From contig JANXEK010000005.1 in assembly GCA_025058595.1 (NCBI GenBank), positions 4,685-68,684 of the forward strand: 64,000 nt of DNA. Direction: 5' to 3'. Origin of the DNA: Candidatus Bathyarchaeota archaeon. Its GTDB lineage: Archaea > Thermoproteota > CALKCG01 > B24 > DRYS01. The translations under genes were made by a program, and so were the position numbers. Positions 50,134-60,083 of the stretch are shown piece by piece (within the stretch, counting starts at the first letter, position 1; every line of letters starts with the position of its first letter). Below the pieces are notes generated by a model. It worked only from the letters and a program-made list of their open reading frames with translations, made no database searches and was not told where the DNA came from.

Positions 50134-53100
50134 TCAGATTTCTATCGAGACGTAGTGTAGTTCGATTATCTCCGAGAACTTTACCATAACGCCTATATTC
50201 ACCCGGCTATCATCAAACCAGATATAGATACGTCCGCTTCGATCCACCGATCCTACGATAAGCGTTCGTATAAGCTGCTTTATATACCCTAGATCCTCAG
50301 ACCTAGCATACCGTACATCCCCCACTCTAACCTTCACATGAGGATACAGAGCTTCAGCTTCTACGATAGTCAAACCTAAATCTTCTAGGATTCTCTTCAA
50401 CTCGGTTATTTTCTCCTCTCTTCCGAGGGTATACCTACCATACTCTAATTTCTCCACAGCTTTTAACGCTGCGATACGCACCTCATCCGGGTTTTTCGGG
50501 TTCAATATGACGTACGAACCTATCTCCTGCCTCTCAGCATCCACTGCTACAACCATAGCCGGTAGTACGAGGTCTCGCTCCTCACCGTAGAATGGTATAA
50601 GGTATACGAGGTTACGCCCCATCGCGTATAGGAGTATGTTGCTATACCTCCAGTTTGGATGGAGCGTAAGCTCCCTCTTAACATCTGGGTTATTACTTAC
50701 GACGGATAGAGCTGTCCATGGACCTATGACTGTCCTATCCTCTAGGCTTAGAAAATATATGTTTCCGAGCATATGCCCAGATGGGGCTATATACATACCT
50801 GCAAGATTCCTAGATGGGCTTCTATACCATTCTACGAGTCTTACTGCGCACCATGTCTCCTCCCCTTCGAAGCGTATAGTGATGTACCTTACATCTTCGA
50901 ATAACGCTCCAGTCTGTGTTCTAGTGAAATCATAGAACTGATTACTCTGCCATCTAGAGAAATCCTCTTGGAAATACCAGTTGTAGCAATCTATCTGTGA
51001 TTCTAGAAACTCTTCAGGATATTTCAACTGTCTTTTAATCCATTCAGGTATAGGTTTAGACCATAAGCTATACTTCGCTCTATAATACTCCGTTATATAG
51101 TCGCTCCTATAGTTTTCGAGAAGATACCCATCTATAACGCCGCTGTATAGATCAACTATTACGAAGCCTAACAACCTCTGTATACCTTCATACTCGTGGG
51201 ATGGCCAATCTAGATACTCGTGAGGGGGAGGCCATGAAGCCCATATCCAGTACAGCAGGTATATGTTGCCCTTCTCGTCGAATATTATATATCCGCTTTC
51301 GGTTGTATACAGATTAGGTAGCAGTAGTTTAGATACCCTATTTCTACAATCCCTATCTACTAGAGCTTTTATATCACCGTAGACTCCTTGAGCGAAATCC
51401 CATCTAAACCCCCAGAAGAACTTCCAGAAACGCCAGAATCCTCTGTACAAGTAGTCAGGGGTACTATCATATCCAGATGGACCTATATATCCTGGTAGAT
51501 GTATCTCTTGGAAGCCTGGAACGCCTACGTAAACCTCATCAACTTCCCTCCATAACTCTCCCTCGCCATAGTACAGTGTAGGATATCTTGTCAGATTCAA
51601 CAGCTCCCTGATATCGATTATCTCGGCAGAAGTGGAATCTAAAGCCAGTACCTTCTCTGAATGCGTTAATATAAGATGGTTAGCTCTCCATACATCTACA
51701 TCTCCGGCGTAAGGCGGTCTGACAGGAGTGAGGATCGCTACCCAATACTCTTTCCCCTTCAAGTAGACTATATCTACGATAGCGTCATCTATAGACATCC
51801 AGTTGACTCCTACATAAGGTCTAAGGTTGAGTCTAGCTGCTTCAGCCGTGAATATCCTTGTCCTTTCGAGTATACGGGTATCGTTGATAGATATAGAATC
51901 TATACCTATTCTCTCGATATCGTCTACTGAGTAAGCCCACCTCGTAAACTTTATGGTGGGTAGGTATGCCGGAATCCATAGGTATTCGTAGGCTTTACCT
52001 TGCATCTGGGTTTCGATAGCTAACCTAGCATAGATACTTGGAGATAGTAATCCTACGATAACTATGGCTAATAACGCTACTCTATACGAACTATACTGAT
52101 GCACGATCGCACGGTATATCCTAGAAGTCGTATGGTACATTCGTCCTGTAAAGATCGATAGCCTAAGGATTACAGCTAAACATGTAGATGCTATGAGAGC
52201 TAAACCTATAGTTAAAGTATGGTAGGGTGTAGAAGCATCAAAAACTTGTATCGGCACTCTTAGGAAAACTACTAGTAGTGAAGATGCAGCTATACAGGCG
52301 ATGTTAGCGGCTATCCTGATAACGGATGATGTCGATGTTAGACCTAGATGTCTGGATAATACTATCGATGCAGTATCGCCTATAGATGCTAGAATCAATC
52401 TTAAAATCCATAAAACCGCTAGTATGTAAGCTAAGTTATAGAGTACATTATAATAGATCTCTAACGTTAAAGCTTCGTTTATAGGGTAATCTATAGGCGT
52501 TACGTATCCAGGGGTTACCCTAGCTAGCAAGGTTGATGCTATCTTCGATATAACCGTTTGAAAGTCTACACCGTAAATACTCATCGAATGGATGAGAAGA
52601 TCTATCTTAACCGCTAACTGGCTGCCAAGTCCTAGCGTCGCTACGAATACCGCTAGGAATTTCGCTAGCATCCATAAGGCTCCATACGGTATTAAACGTA
52701 GCTTATCGTTGAATTCGACTTCATCCACTCCTGCCACCGAAGGTTTAAGGATGAACTGATGATCGTATGTAACCCCTATTAACCTATCCCTGCTACTTGT
52801 AAACAGCTTTACGAGGGATAGAAGCTTACTTTTAACATAGATATGTCTCTTCCCATCCCTGCCTATGCCTATGTATACCCTAGGATCGCTGAACACTATT
52901 ATCGACGATGCTAGAAGAGCTGTAAGGATGAGCGTCCCACCTATAAGTCTGATGGAGACTACGTTCAGATAAACTTTGGATAGTATATAGGTATATTCTA
53001 TGTCTAGTGATAGAGCATAATCCATGGTTAACTTAAATACTGGTACGCATATAGTCGTCGAAACTATAGCTAGGATGAATATGATCCATCTAAACTCCGC

Positions 53101-53304
53101 AGCTCCATATACGGCTATAAGCGTTACGATTATAGAAGCTGTTAGCGATAAAGAGTTAGCTAGTAGGAGTACGGCAAGTATAGGGTAGCTTACAGGATCG
53201 TTGAAGACTTGTAGCTGCTGTAGGATAGGTAGGAGTACGAATGAGTATACTATGCCTACAACTATGCTTACCGTTATTAAACTGGATAATCTATACCTTC
53301 TCAC
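50134..53304 (-). CDS. Large polytopic membrane protein (1056 aa; UPF0182-like, tentative)
   Basis: About 10 N-terminal TM helices followed by a large aromatic-rich extracytoplasmic domain. Family assignment is from memory only. Confidence 0.55.
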   Translation of the reverse strand: MRRYRLSSLITVSIVVGIVYSFVLLPILQQLQVFNDPVSYPILAVLLLANSLSLTASIIVTLIAVYGAAEFRWIIFILAIVSTTICVPVFKLTMDYALSLDIEYTYILSKVYLNVVSIRLIGGTLILTALLASSIIVFSDPRVYIGIGRDGKRHIYVKSKLLSLVKLFTSSRDRLIGVTYDHQFILKPSVAGVDEVEFNDKLRLIPYGALWMLAKFLAVFVATLGLGSQLAVKIDLLIHSMSIYGVDFQTVISKIASTLLARVTPGYVTPIDYPINEALTLEIYYNVLYNLAYILAVLWILRLILASIGDTASIVLSRHLGLTSTSSVIRIAANIACIAASSLLVVFLRVPIQVFDASTPYHTLTIGLALIASTCLAVILRLSIFTGRMYHTTSRIYRAIVHQYSSYRVALLAIVIVGLLSPSIYARLAIETQMQGKAYEYLWIPAYLPTIKFTRWAYSVDDIERIGIDSISINDTRILERTRIFTAEAARLNLRPYVGVNWMSIDDAIVDIVYLKGKEYWVAILTPVRPPYAGDVDVWRANHLILTHSEKVLALDSTSAEIIDIRELLNLTRYPTLYYGEGELWREVDEVYVGVPGFQEIHLPGYIGPSGYDSTPDYLYRGFWRFWKFFWGFRWDFAQGVYGDIKALVDRDCRNRVSKLLLPNLYTTESGYIIFDEKGNIYLLYWIWASWPPPHEYLDWPSHEYEGIQRLLGFVIVDLYSGVIDGYLLENYRSDYITEYYRAKYSLWSKPIPEWIKRQLKYPEEFLESQIDCYNWYFQEDFSRWQSNQFYDFTRTQTGALFEDVRYITIRFEGEETWCAVRLVEWYRSPSRNLAGMYIAPSGHMLGNIYFLSLEDRTVIGPWTALSVVSNNPDVKRELTLHPNWRYSNILLYAMGRNLVYLIPFYGEERDLVLPAMVVAVDAERQEIGSYVILNPKNPDEVRIAALKAVEKLEYGRYTLGREEKITELKRILEDLGLTIVEAEALYPHVKVRVGDVRYARSEDLGYIKQLIRTLIVGSVDRSGRIYIWFDDSRVNIGVMVKFSEIIELHYVSIEI

Positions 53305-53350
53305 ACACCAGCTTATCTATGGTCCGCTCTATTAAACTTTTTATCCCCCC

Positions 53351-54007
53351 TTGCGAAGAGTATTGAACCCAGATTTGAGAGGGAAAGATCTAGCGTTCAC
53401 AGCTGCGTTCACCTTGATAGCTTTCACCATGCTTGCCAGTTTCAGTAGATCCGAGAATGTAGCACACCCCTCATGGATAAAGCCCGGCGCTACCGTAGTA
53501 TACTATGGGAGTTTAACTATCGGTGAGGAGGGCATACTAGAAGCTACTATAGAGTGGACCGTAAAGAATGTAGATCTAAATAGTATCGAGTTGGAGGCGA
53601 CTATCGAATCGGCTAACCTAAGAACACCTATATCGAGGATGTTTAAAGTCTCGACAGCTACGGGTAAACTTCTATCGATAGATAGAGATAACGTCGATGT
53701 AGGTAGATTCTTTCTATGGTTATATCCTCCGCCGAGTATAGGTGGTACGGTAGAAATAGAAGGTATACCGTATAGAGTCTCCGGTTTAGAATCTGTTAAC
53801 GCTTCTAATAGGATATGGAGATGTATCGTAGCTAACAGTACTCTAGATAACTACGACATCCGCGGGGTGATTACTAGGTGGTACGATGTGGAGACAGGTA
53901 TACAGATAAAGGTCTACATGGATCTATCGTTCGCGTATCTGTTCAAAGGAGAGAATACCACATCTTCGGCTAAAGCGGCTCTCATACTGCTCTCAACATC
54001 TTTCTAA
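53351..54007 (+). CDS. Hypothetical secreted/membrane-anchored protein (218 aa)
   Basis: N-terminal signal-anchor and a C-terminal hydrophobic tail. Confidence 0.4.
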   Translation: MRRVLNPDLRGKDLAFTAAFTLIAFTMLASFSRSENVAHPSWIKPGATVVYYGSLTIGEEGILEATIEWTVKNVDLNSIELEATIESANLRTPISRMFKVSTATGKLLSIDRDNVDVGRFFLWLYPPPSIGGTVEIEGIPYRVSGLESVNASNRIWRCIVANSTLDNYDIRGVITRWYDVETGIQIKVYMDLSFAYLFKGENTTSSAKAALILLSTSF

Positions 54008-54010
54008 TCT

Positions 54011-54799
54011 TTAGCCGAGAATTCTAGGTAGCGTTACGTAGACTATCATCCATACAAGAACTGTTATACCTTGCATTACAAGCGTCCGCCCCCTATCAAG
54101 CTCCGCAAGTTTACCGACACCTATACCTGAAACAGTTATAACCCATATAGGGAATACGTAGAATACGATGTTCGATGCTTGAACCACGAGCGAATGCCTC
54201 CAAATATCGTCCGCTAGAATATTCAATCTATCCAAGCTATTCCATATAGCTATCTGCCTTTTCACAGCCTGTATCGAGGATAATAGCATTAAGACTTCAA
54301 CTCTAGATGCTATTCTATAGGTAACATCAGGGACAAACGGTATGAGGAATGTTTGGAGAAACGCTGAGATTATGTATGCGCCGAGCGAGAAGCCTACGCA
54401 TAGGATCGTCCCAGAAAAGTTTCTCTCGCCGCCGAGAAGCCATGACGACAGGTATAGTACGACCGCTGTCACTATGAAATTCACCCCAAGATTTATGGTA
54501 TTAGAGAAGAAGTTCATTAGAGCCGTTATAAGCCATCCATAAACATCTACGAATGTGAATCTTACGTTAGCCTCTAAATCGTAGTACACTATCTTAGTTG
54601 CTTGAAGGAGCGTGTAAGATAAACCGGCAAATAAACCTGTTAAAACGAATAGGAGGAGTATCCATAGGTAATCTGGCTCCTCGAATATCTCATCGTATAT
54701 CTCGTATGGTTTGAAGAGCACCTTGATGCTCCATCTACTCCTACTACCGATCCACCGTATAGCTCTCGCTTTGAAGCCTTCCTCCACGCCTCTTCTCAC
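54011..54799 (-). CDS. Hypothetical polytopic membrane protein (Yip1-like topology)
   Basis: Cytoplasmic N-terminus then 5-6 TM helices. Overlaps the PqqD-like gene by 56 nt, so a likely operon. Confidence 0.45.
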   Translation of the reverse strand: MRRGVEEGFKARAIRWIGSRSRWSIKVLFKPYEIYDEIFEEPDYLWILLLFVLTGLFAGLSYTLLQATKIVYYDLEANVRFTFVDVYGWLITALMNFFSNTINLGVNFIVTAVVLYLSSWLLGGERNFSGTILCVGFSLGAYIISAFLQTFLIPFVPDVTYRIASRVEVLMLLSSIQAVKRQIAIWNSLDRLNILADDIWRHSLVVQASNIVFYVFPIWVITVSGIGVGKLAELDRGRTLVMQGITVLVWMIVYVTLPRILG

Positions 54800-55226
54800 C
54801 TATAGCTAAAGCTTCCCTAGGTAGGAAAGCTATAAGTCTCTTCTCAGCGAGCCTTCTAAGGAATAGGAGGAGCGGGGTCTCGGCTTCTATCCTAGTTATT
54901 TTATACTTAGAGCAGATTCTAGATAGAAGATCCTCCACGCTATTCCTTCCATCTATATTCATCCATACGAATGAACCTATATCATCGAGGTTAAGCCTCC
55001 TCTCCTTCTTAACACCTCCGCCCTTCCTAAGTACGATGTATACCCCTCCATCGGCGTATTCAGCCCACTCCACTATAGGGTTACGCACTGGTATAAGCTT
55101 CATGAAATCCTCCTTCGTAGGGGTCCCTTGAACCCTCCCCCGTCTCCTTCGAAACAGCCTAGCGAAGATATTCGGCGTCATGTATAGTTCCTCCTCAATG
55201 ACATCTAAAGCTTTCGAACGCTTCAC
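54744..55226 (-). CDS. PqqD-family protein (RiPP recognition element-like peptide-binding domain)
   Basis: LNLDDIGSFVWMNIDGRNSVEDLLSRICSKYKITRIEAETPLLLFLRRLAEKRLIAF matches the PqqD/RRE winged-helix consensus (LNetg..iW..ldG..tv.ei...l...y.v..e.a..dv..fl..L...gli). Confidence 0.6.
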   Translation of the reverse strand: MKRSKALDVIEEELYMTPNIFARLFRRRRGRVQGTPTKEDFMKLIPVRNPIVEWAEYADGGVYIVLRKGGGVKKERRLNLDDIGSFVWMNIDGRNSVEDLLSRICSKYKITRIEAETPLLLFLRRLAEKRLIAFLPREALAIGEKRRGGRLQSESYTVDR

Positions 55227-56106
55227 TCATAACTTTTTCGATACTCTTCTTTACACCCTTCTCTTTGAGTAGGGTTGCAGCGTAAAGTCTATCCATCTTA
55301 TCGCAGACCCATGCGTAGGTATATCCATCCATAGGCTTCTTAAGTAAACCTCTCCTAAAGTATACGGGATACATATATCCTTCGTGATCGAATACACCTG
55401 TTTTTATAGGCTTCTTCCATATAAGCCCCTTCAAATTCCTTCCTAGATATCTACGATACTTCTCTCGAACCCACTCCTCTAACGTCTCCTTCCTTAGAAC
55501 CCTACTAGCTAGCCCAACCCTCTCGTAACCTATATAGCCATATCTAGATTCGAACAGTAGATATGTATCTGCCGGATAGAACCGTCTATCTATAAGCTCG
55601 AAGTCTACAGGGATCTTCAACTCTACATCGAGTATCTTCCAGGATACTGTATCCCCCTCGGGGTGGCAGACGAAGCTCGAAAGTATACCTTCGGAAATCT
55701 TTCTAGCTCTCTCATACTCATCCCTATCGAAATGGAACCTTAATATGAAGCTACGCATAGTCTTATCGCAGTTGAAGACATATATGAAGCCCTCCCTTCC
55801 TCCACGATAGTAAGCATACAATGCTCCATGCCCATTAACCTTCCCTTCCCCCTTACTAGAAACCTTAAAATCCGGATCCTCCTTCCTACCTTTAGATTCC
55901 AGATCTTTGAGAATCCTCTTAGGATCTGGAACCTTATTCTTCTTAAACTCCTCCCATCTAACCTCTAATCTAGGTTTATAATCGTCGAACCTGAGATAGC
56001 CACGCCTAGAATTACCACCCTCAACCTTCACAACCCAACTCCCAGGTATAAGGCCAGATATACGATGCCAGCTAAACCCTATCAGTGTGGTACTTTCAGA
56101 GACCAC
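55195..56106 (-). CDS. Hypothetical protein (303 aa), first gene of a three-gene operon with the PqqD-like protein
   Basis: No family recognised. Several Cys/His-containing motifs (FNCDK, CHPEGD, WVCDK, FRCH). Overlaps the PqqD gene by 32 nt. Confidence 0.45.
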   Translation of the reverse strand: MVSESTTLIGFSWHRISGLIPGSWVVKVEGGNSRRGYLRFDDYKPRLEVRWEEFKKNKVPDPKRILKDLESKGRKEDPDFKVSSKGEGKVNGHGALYAYYRGGREGFIYVFNCDKTMRSFILRFHFDRDEYERARKISEGILSSFVCHPEGDTVSWKILDVELKIPVDFELIDRRFYPADTYLLFESRYGYIGYERVGLASRVLRKETLEEWVREKYRRYLGRNLKGLIWKKPIKTGVFDHEGYMYPVYFRRGLLKKPMDGYTYAWVCDKMDRLYAATLLKEKGVKKSIEKVMSEAFESFRCH

Positions 56107-56194
56107 AGCTACCCTAGTACTTTAATCTACCTGGAAGGCTAAGATAATTCTTTCTTTCCCCCGTAAACCATCGCGCGATAGGCGTATAGATGTA

Positions 56195-56269
56195 TGGGCC
56201 GGCCCGGATTTGAACCGGGGATCTCCGCGGTGTGAACGCGGCGTCTTAACCCAGCTGGACCACCGGCCC
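56195..56269 (-). tRNA. tRNA-Val (anticodon CAC)
   Basis: Acceptor GGGCCGG/CCGGCCC, anticodon arm CCGCG-TTCACAC-CGCGG, T-arm CCCGG-TTCAAAT-CCGGG, discriminator A. Confidence 0.85.
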
Positions 56270-56309
56270 TTTCGATAGTATAACCTAAAAGTGTCCTAAT
56301 TATAGTTTA

Positions 56310-56477
56310 CTACCTTTTAACAGCCGGTTCTCTATGCTTCCATCTGAGATTATAGGATCTGCAATTCCTACATTTCTCAGCGTTCGGGCTATTCCTAACA
56401 CCGCATTCCCTACAGATCTTCAGATATAGCCTCTTCCTCATAGCTATCTCGCGTTTAGCTGGATCTCTTATAGGCAT
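56310..56477 (-). CDS. rpl40e: 50S ribosomal protein L40e (55 aa; below ORF-track cutoff)
   Basis: Minus-strand translation MPIRDPAKREIAMRKRLYLKICRECGVRNSPNAEKCRNCRSYNLRWKHREPAVKR has the C4 zinc ribbon and basic composition of L40e. Confidence 0.7.
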   Translation of the reverse strand: MPIRDPAKREIAMRKRLYLKICRECGVRNSPNAEKCRNCRSYNLRWKHREPAVKR

Positions 56478-56660
56478 AGCCGCTTCCTCCGTGGAATAGA
56501 CCCGGAGTATAAATCTCTATATAAAGATTCATCTTCTACGATACTTATCTAAGCTGCTTCACCTAGCCACATCGATTATATGGATTCAATAAAGTTTAGG
56601 TGTGATAGCGATTCAGTCTACCTTTATATTCAGGTTATACCTAGACTCCTGAGAGCGGAT

Positions 56661-56864
56661 ATGCCTAAAGAGGTATTCGATGTAGAGGAGTTCATCAAAC
56701 TATCAGAGAAAGCCGAGTACTGTTTAGTTAAGGGTAATATTAGGGATGGAACTGTTAAACTTAAGCTCAGAACTAGGAGGTATCTCTACACTCTTAAGGT
56801 TAAGGATAACGCTGAAGCTGAGGGAGTGTTGAGGAAGGTTAAATGCCCTGTGAGGAGAATATAA
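56661..56864 (+). CDS. rpl38e: 50S ribosomal protein L38e (start moved to internal Met)
   Basis: MPKEVFDVEEFIKLSEKAEYCLVKGNIRDGTVKLKLRTRRYLYTLKV resembles eukaryotic and archaeal L38e (…RYLYTL…). The ORF-track start at 56580 adds an implausible 27-aa leader. Confidence 0.6.
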   Translation: MPKEVFDVEEFIKLSEKAEYCLVKGNIRDGTVKLKLRTRRYLYTLKVKDNAEAEGVLRKVKCPVRRI

Positions 56865-56898
56865 CTGCCAGATCATAGATGCTGTATGGTGTAAACCT

Positions 56899-57836
56899 AT
56901 GGGTAGAGTATCTATTGTTAAAGATCTAAAGGATAGAAGGCGAGGTGTAGCGAAAGCTTTAACACTAATAGAAAACGAGGTTGCGATGAAATTAACAGGT
57001 AGAGTTAGGGTAGTTATTAAACCTAACTTTGTAAGCGCGTATAGCCATCTATCAGCGACCCCTGTAGAGTGCGTCGACGAAACGTTGAAGTTTCTACTAA
57101 GATTAACAGATCCTAAAGAGCTGATAGTGGCAGAGACACCTACTATAGGTAGTTTCAGAGAAGCTATAGAGAGATTCGGGTATAAAGCTTTGAAGGATAG
57201 CTACGATGTAGAGTTATGCGACCTCGACGAATATGGGTACGAGGAGGTTGAGATAGTAGATAGGGAGGGGGATCCCGCCTCATACCGGTATCTAAACTTA
57301 TACTCGAATCAGATTTCAGAGTTTCGACTATAAGACCTAAAACACACGATACAGTAGTCGTAACGTTGAGTTTAAAGAATATGTCCGTGGGCTCTGTCAA
57401 GAGAGGGTACCGTCAGCTTCTTCATCAAGGCTACTGGCAGATAAACTATAACATCGCCAGGATCGCGGTATACGTTATGCCTCACCTGGCTGTGGTGGAT
57501 GGGTATGAAGCTATGGAGGGGGATGGGCCTGTAAACGGTACACCTAGAGGGTGGGGTGTATACTTCGCTTCTACCAACCCTGTATCGTTGGATTCTACCG
57601 TAGCATATGCTATGGGGTTCAACGCGTACGATATAGGCTACCTATATATCCTATCGCTATGGGGGTATGGCGAGCTGGATCTAAATAGGATAGCCTTCGT
57701 AGGCGATCCATTGAGTGAAAACGTAGAATCCTTCAAACCGCATAGAAGCTTTAAGGATCAACTAAGCTGGAAGAAATACATGAATAATATCGCGAGGCTT
57801 CCAAAACCACCTCGACCATCTGCACCTCTAGATTAA
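56899..57836 (+). pseudogene. DUF362-family protein split by a frameshift (N-part 56899-57333, C-part 57366-57836)
   Basis: The N-part carries VVIKPNFV; the C-part carries PKTH...KNM..G and VVDGYEAMEGDGP. These are the two halves of one DUF362 domain. A TAA stop at 57331 is bypassed in the adjacent frame, which is open from 57264 and reads through the C-part ORF to 57836. Confidence 0.5.
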
Positions 57837-57858
57837 ACCAGTAGATGAGGTTAAGCCG

Positions 57859-59088
57859 TTACGCTCCATACTTATGCGTTAAGTTCGCTACATCTAGGAG
57901 GATCGGCATTAAATCTAATCCTCTAATCCTGTTAAGCCCTCCTTTCGCGCATAGCCTCTCCTCGAATCTACCTACATCGTCCACACGTATATCTGGACCC
58001 GCTATAGCTACCGGTACTGGATCGGCTGAATGTGTCCTTATGCTACAGGGTGTAGAATGATCGGCGGTTAACGTAATAATACAATCCTCGACCCTATCTA
58101 TGATCCTATAAAGCGCATCGTCTATACGTTCTATCATCTCTATTTTCCTCCTGTAATTCCCATCCTCGCCAGCTAGATCTGTAGCTTTAAAGTGAAGGTA
58201 TACTAGATCGTAGTTTTCCAATGATCTGGTACAGGCTTCGACTTTAGCCTTAAAATCGCTCTCATAGGTTCCGGTCGCTCCCTTCACCTCGATCACATCC
58301 ATACCCAAATATCTGGCGACCCCCTTATAGAGCGGCCCTCCAGCTATACAGCAAGCTTTCAATCCATATCTTTCATCGATCCTGGATACATGTTCATAGA
58401 AGCTAGCCCCCCTGACGAGTATAGCGTTCGCCTGAAGCTTCCCCTCTGAAGCTCTCCTCCTATTAACCTCTGACTTTGATAGTATTCTATGGGCATCTAT
58501 CGATATACGGTTTACAAGCTCTGCGGTCCTCCTAGCTTCTATACTCTCATCGAGAGGTCTACACATCGATATCGAAGCTCCATCTCTCTCAGGATCTGTA
58601 TCTGATACCATCCAGGACAGCCCCTCACCGCGGATGACTAGAACCCCTCTATGCTCAACCCCGGGATAGAAGTATACCTCTACACCGGGTATTCTCAACT
58701 CTTCGTTTAGAAGTCGGAATAGCATACTAGAATCATCGCTCCCTATCCTACCAGCCCTCCTATCGATAACGGTTAGGTTACCATCTACAGTAGCTAGATT
58801 CACTCTGAATGTGAGATCGCCAGGCTTAACATCTACACCTAACCCTAAAGCTTCGAAGACCCCCCTACCTCTATAACACTCGTATGGGTTGTAGCCGAAT
58901 ATCGCTAGATGTGCCGGTGCACTTCCAGGTCTAACTCCTGGGGCTATCGGATCCATAATACCGCATATACCGTTAGCTGCTATGAAATCCATAGAAGGTT
59001 TTCTCGAAGCCTCTAAAGGCGTCCTAAACCCTATATCCTTTATCGGTCTATCTCCTAACCCATCGCATATTATCAGTACGATCTTCAT
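57859..59088 (-). CDS. apgM: 2,3-bisphosphoglycerate-independent phosphoglycerate mutase, archaeal type (ApgM)
   Basis: MKIVLIICDGLGDRP...GSAPAHLAIFGY matches the archaeal iPGM signature. Confidence 0.85.
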   Translation of the reverse strand: MKIVLIICDGLGDRPIKDIGFRTPLEASRKPSMDFIAANGICGIMDPIAPGVRPGSAPAHLAIFGYNPYECYRGRGVFEALGLGVDVKPGDLTFRVNLATVDGNLTVIDRRAGRIGSDDSSMLFRLLNEELRIPGVEVYFYPGVEHRGVLVIRGEGLSWMVSDTDPERDGASISMCRPLDESIEARRTAELVNRISIDAHRILSKSEVNRRRASEGKLQANAILVRGASFYEHVSRIDERYGLKACCIAGGPLYKGVARYLGMDVIEVKGATGTYESDFKAKVEACTRSLENYDLVYLHFKATDLAGEDGNYRRKIEMIERIDDALYRIIDRVEDCIITLTADHSTPCSIRTHSADPVPVAIAGPDIRVDDVGRFEERLCAKGGLNRIRGLDLMPILLDVANLTHKYGA

Positions 59089-59109
59089 AGATGCATCGCA
59101 ACCTCCAGC

Positions 59110-59511
59110 CTACTCCGGAAGTTTGGTACCACATTTTATACAGAATCTATTCTTAGGATCGTTCGGGTAACCGCAGTTAGGGCATATCTTAGGAGTTAAA
59201 GGCGCCGGTTGTGGTTTAGCTACGAGCGGAGGAGCTGTAACTTCAGGCTTAGCGACCTCGGGTTTAGCTTTCACCGGCGGCTCGTATTCGACCTTCAACA
59301 ACACTACATCGCCTATAGATTTAACCTGGCTCCACGGTATATCCCTCTCGGTGTCCCCATACTTTATGGTTAGAGCTAGCTCGACACGATCCTCCGATAG
59401 TTTAAACGATAGATCTTTAACCTCACCTACTATATAGCCACGCTGCTCGACGACCTTTTTACCTACAACCTCACCTTGTCGTACATATCTAACTTCAGAT
59501 TCACCGTTCAA
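59110..59511 (-). CDS. PRC-barrel domain protein with C-terminal zinc ribbon
   Basis: N-terminal PRC-barrel pattern, Pro/Ala/Lys-rich linker, C-terminal CPNCG...CIKCG. Confidence 0.55.
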   Translation of the reverse strand: MNGESEVRYVRQGEVVGKKVVEQRGYIVGEVKDLSFKLSEDRVELALTIKYGDTERDIPWSQVKSIGDVVLLKVEYEPPVKAKPEVAKPEVTAPPLVAKPQPAPLTPKICPNCGYPNDPKNRFCIKCGTKLPE

Positions 59512-59647
59512 CCTTTAACCCCTACTACAACTCCAGAGCTATATGCTAATAAGGCTTCTCTAAACATCTAGAGTTAGAGAGTCTCGACTGCAAAGTTTAA
59601 ATCTTAGCATACACTGAATAGATTCATCAGGCGTTTGGGGTTAAGCC

Positions 59648-59947
59648 TTGCTTAAAGGTAAGCTGTGCACTTCCAGATGCGAATTTTTCAGATGCCGTCA
59701 GAAAGCCCTCAAATGGCGGAGCGATACAGCTTTGTGTATTGTATCCGGAGACACGTGTATAGGATATAAATGCAACTACGCATTATGCGAGAAGCGGAAG
59801 ATGCTCAACGACGGTGTATGTGGGTTAACTATAAAGAGTGAAAGCAGTTTGAGTTTAGAGGAGATAGAGAGGGAGACAACACCTAAGGTATCGGTTAGAG
59901 TTAAAGGTAAATTGACTAAGAAGCTGAAGTTTGAAGATCTAGTTTAG
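59648..59947 (+). CDS. Hypothetical Cys-rich small protein (99 aa)
   Basis: Nine Cys in the first 60 residues, a possible metal-binding module. No family recognised. Confidence 0.35.
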   Translation: MLKGKLCTSRCEFFRCRQKALKWRSDTALCIVSGDTCIGYKCNYALCEKRKMLNDGVCGLTIKSESSLSLEEIERETTPKVSVRVKGKLTKKLKFEDLV

Positions 59948-60083
59948 CGAAGCTAAAACTGTATACAGCCGATACGATAAACTTATACTCCGCTGTAGCA
60001 ACATGTATTTTTTTGTATTTTCGGTGTAAGGCATCTGTTTAAATAAACCTATAACCTCAAGGTATACGCTTGACTTATGGGCT

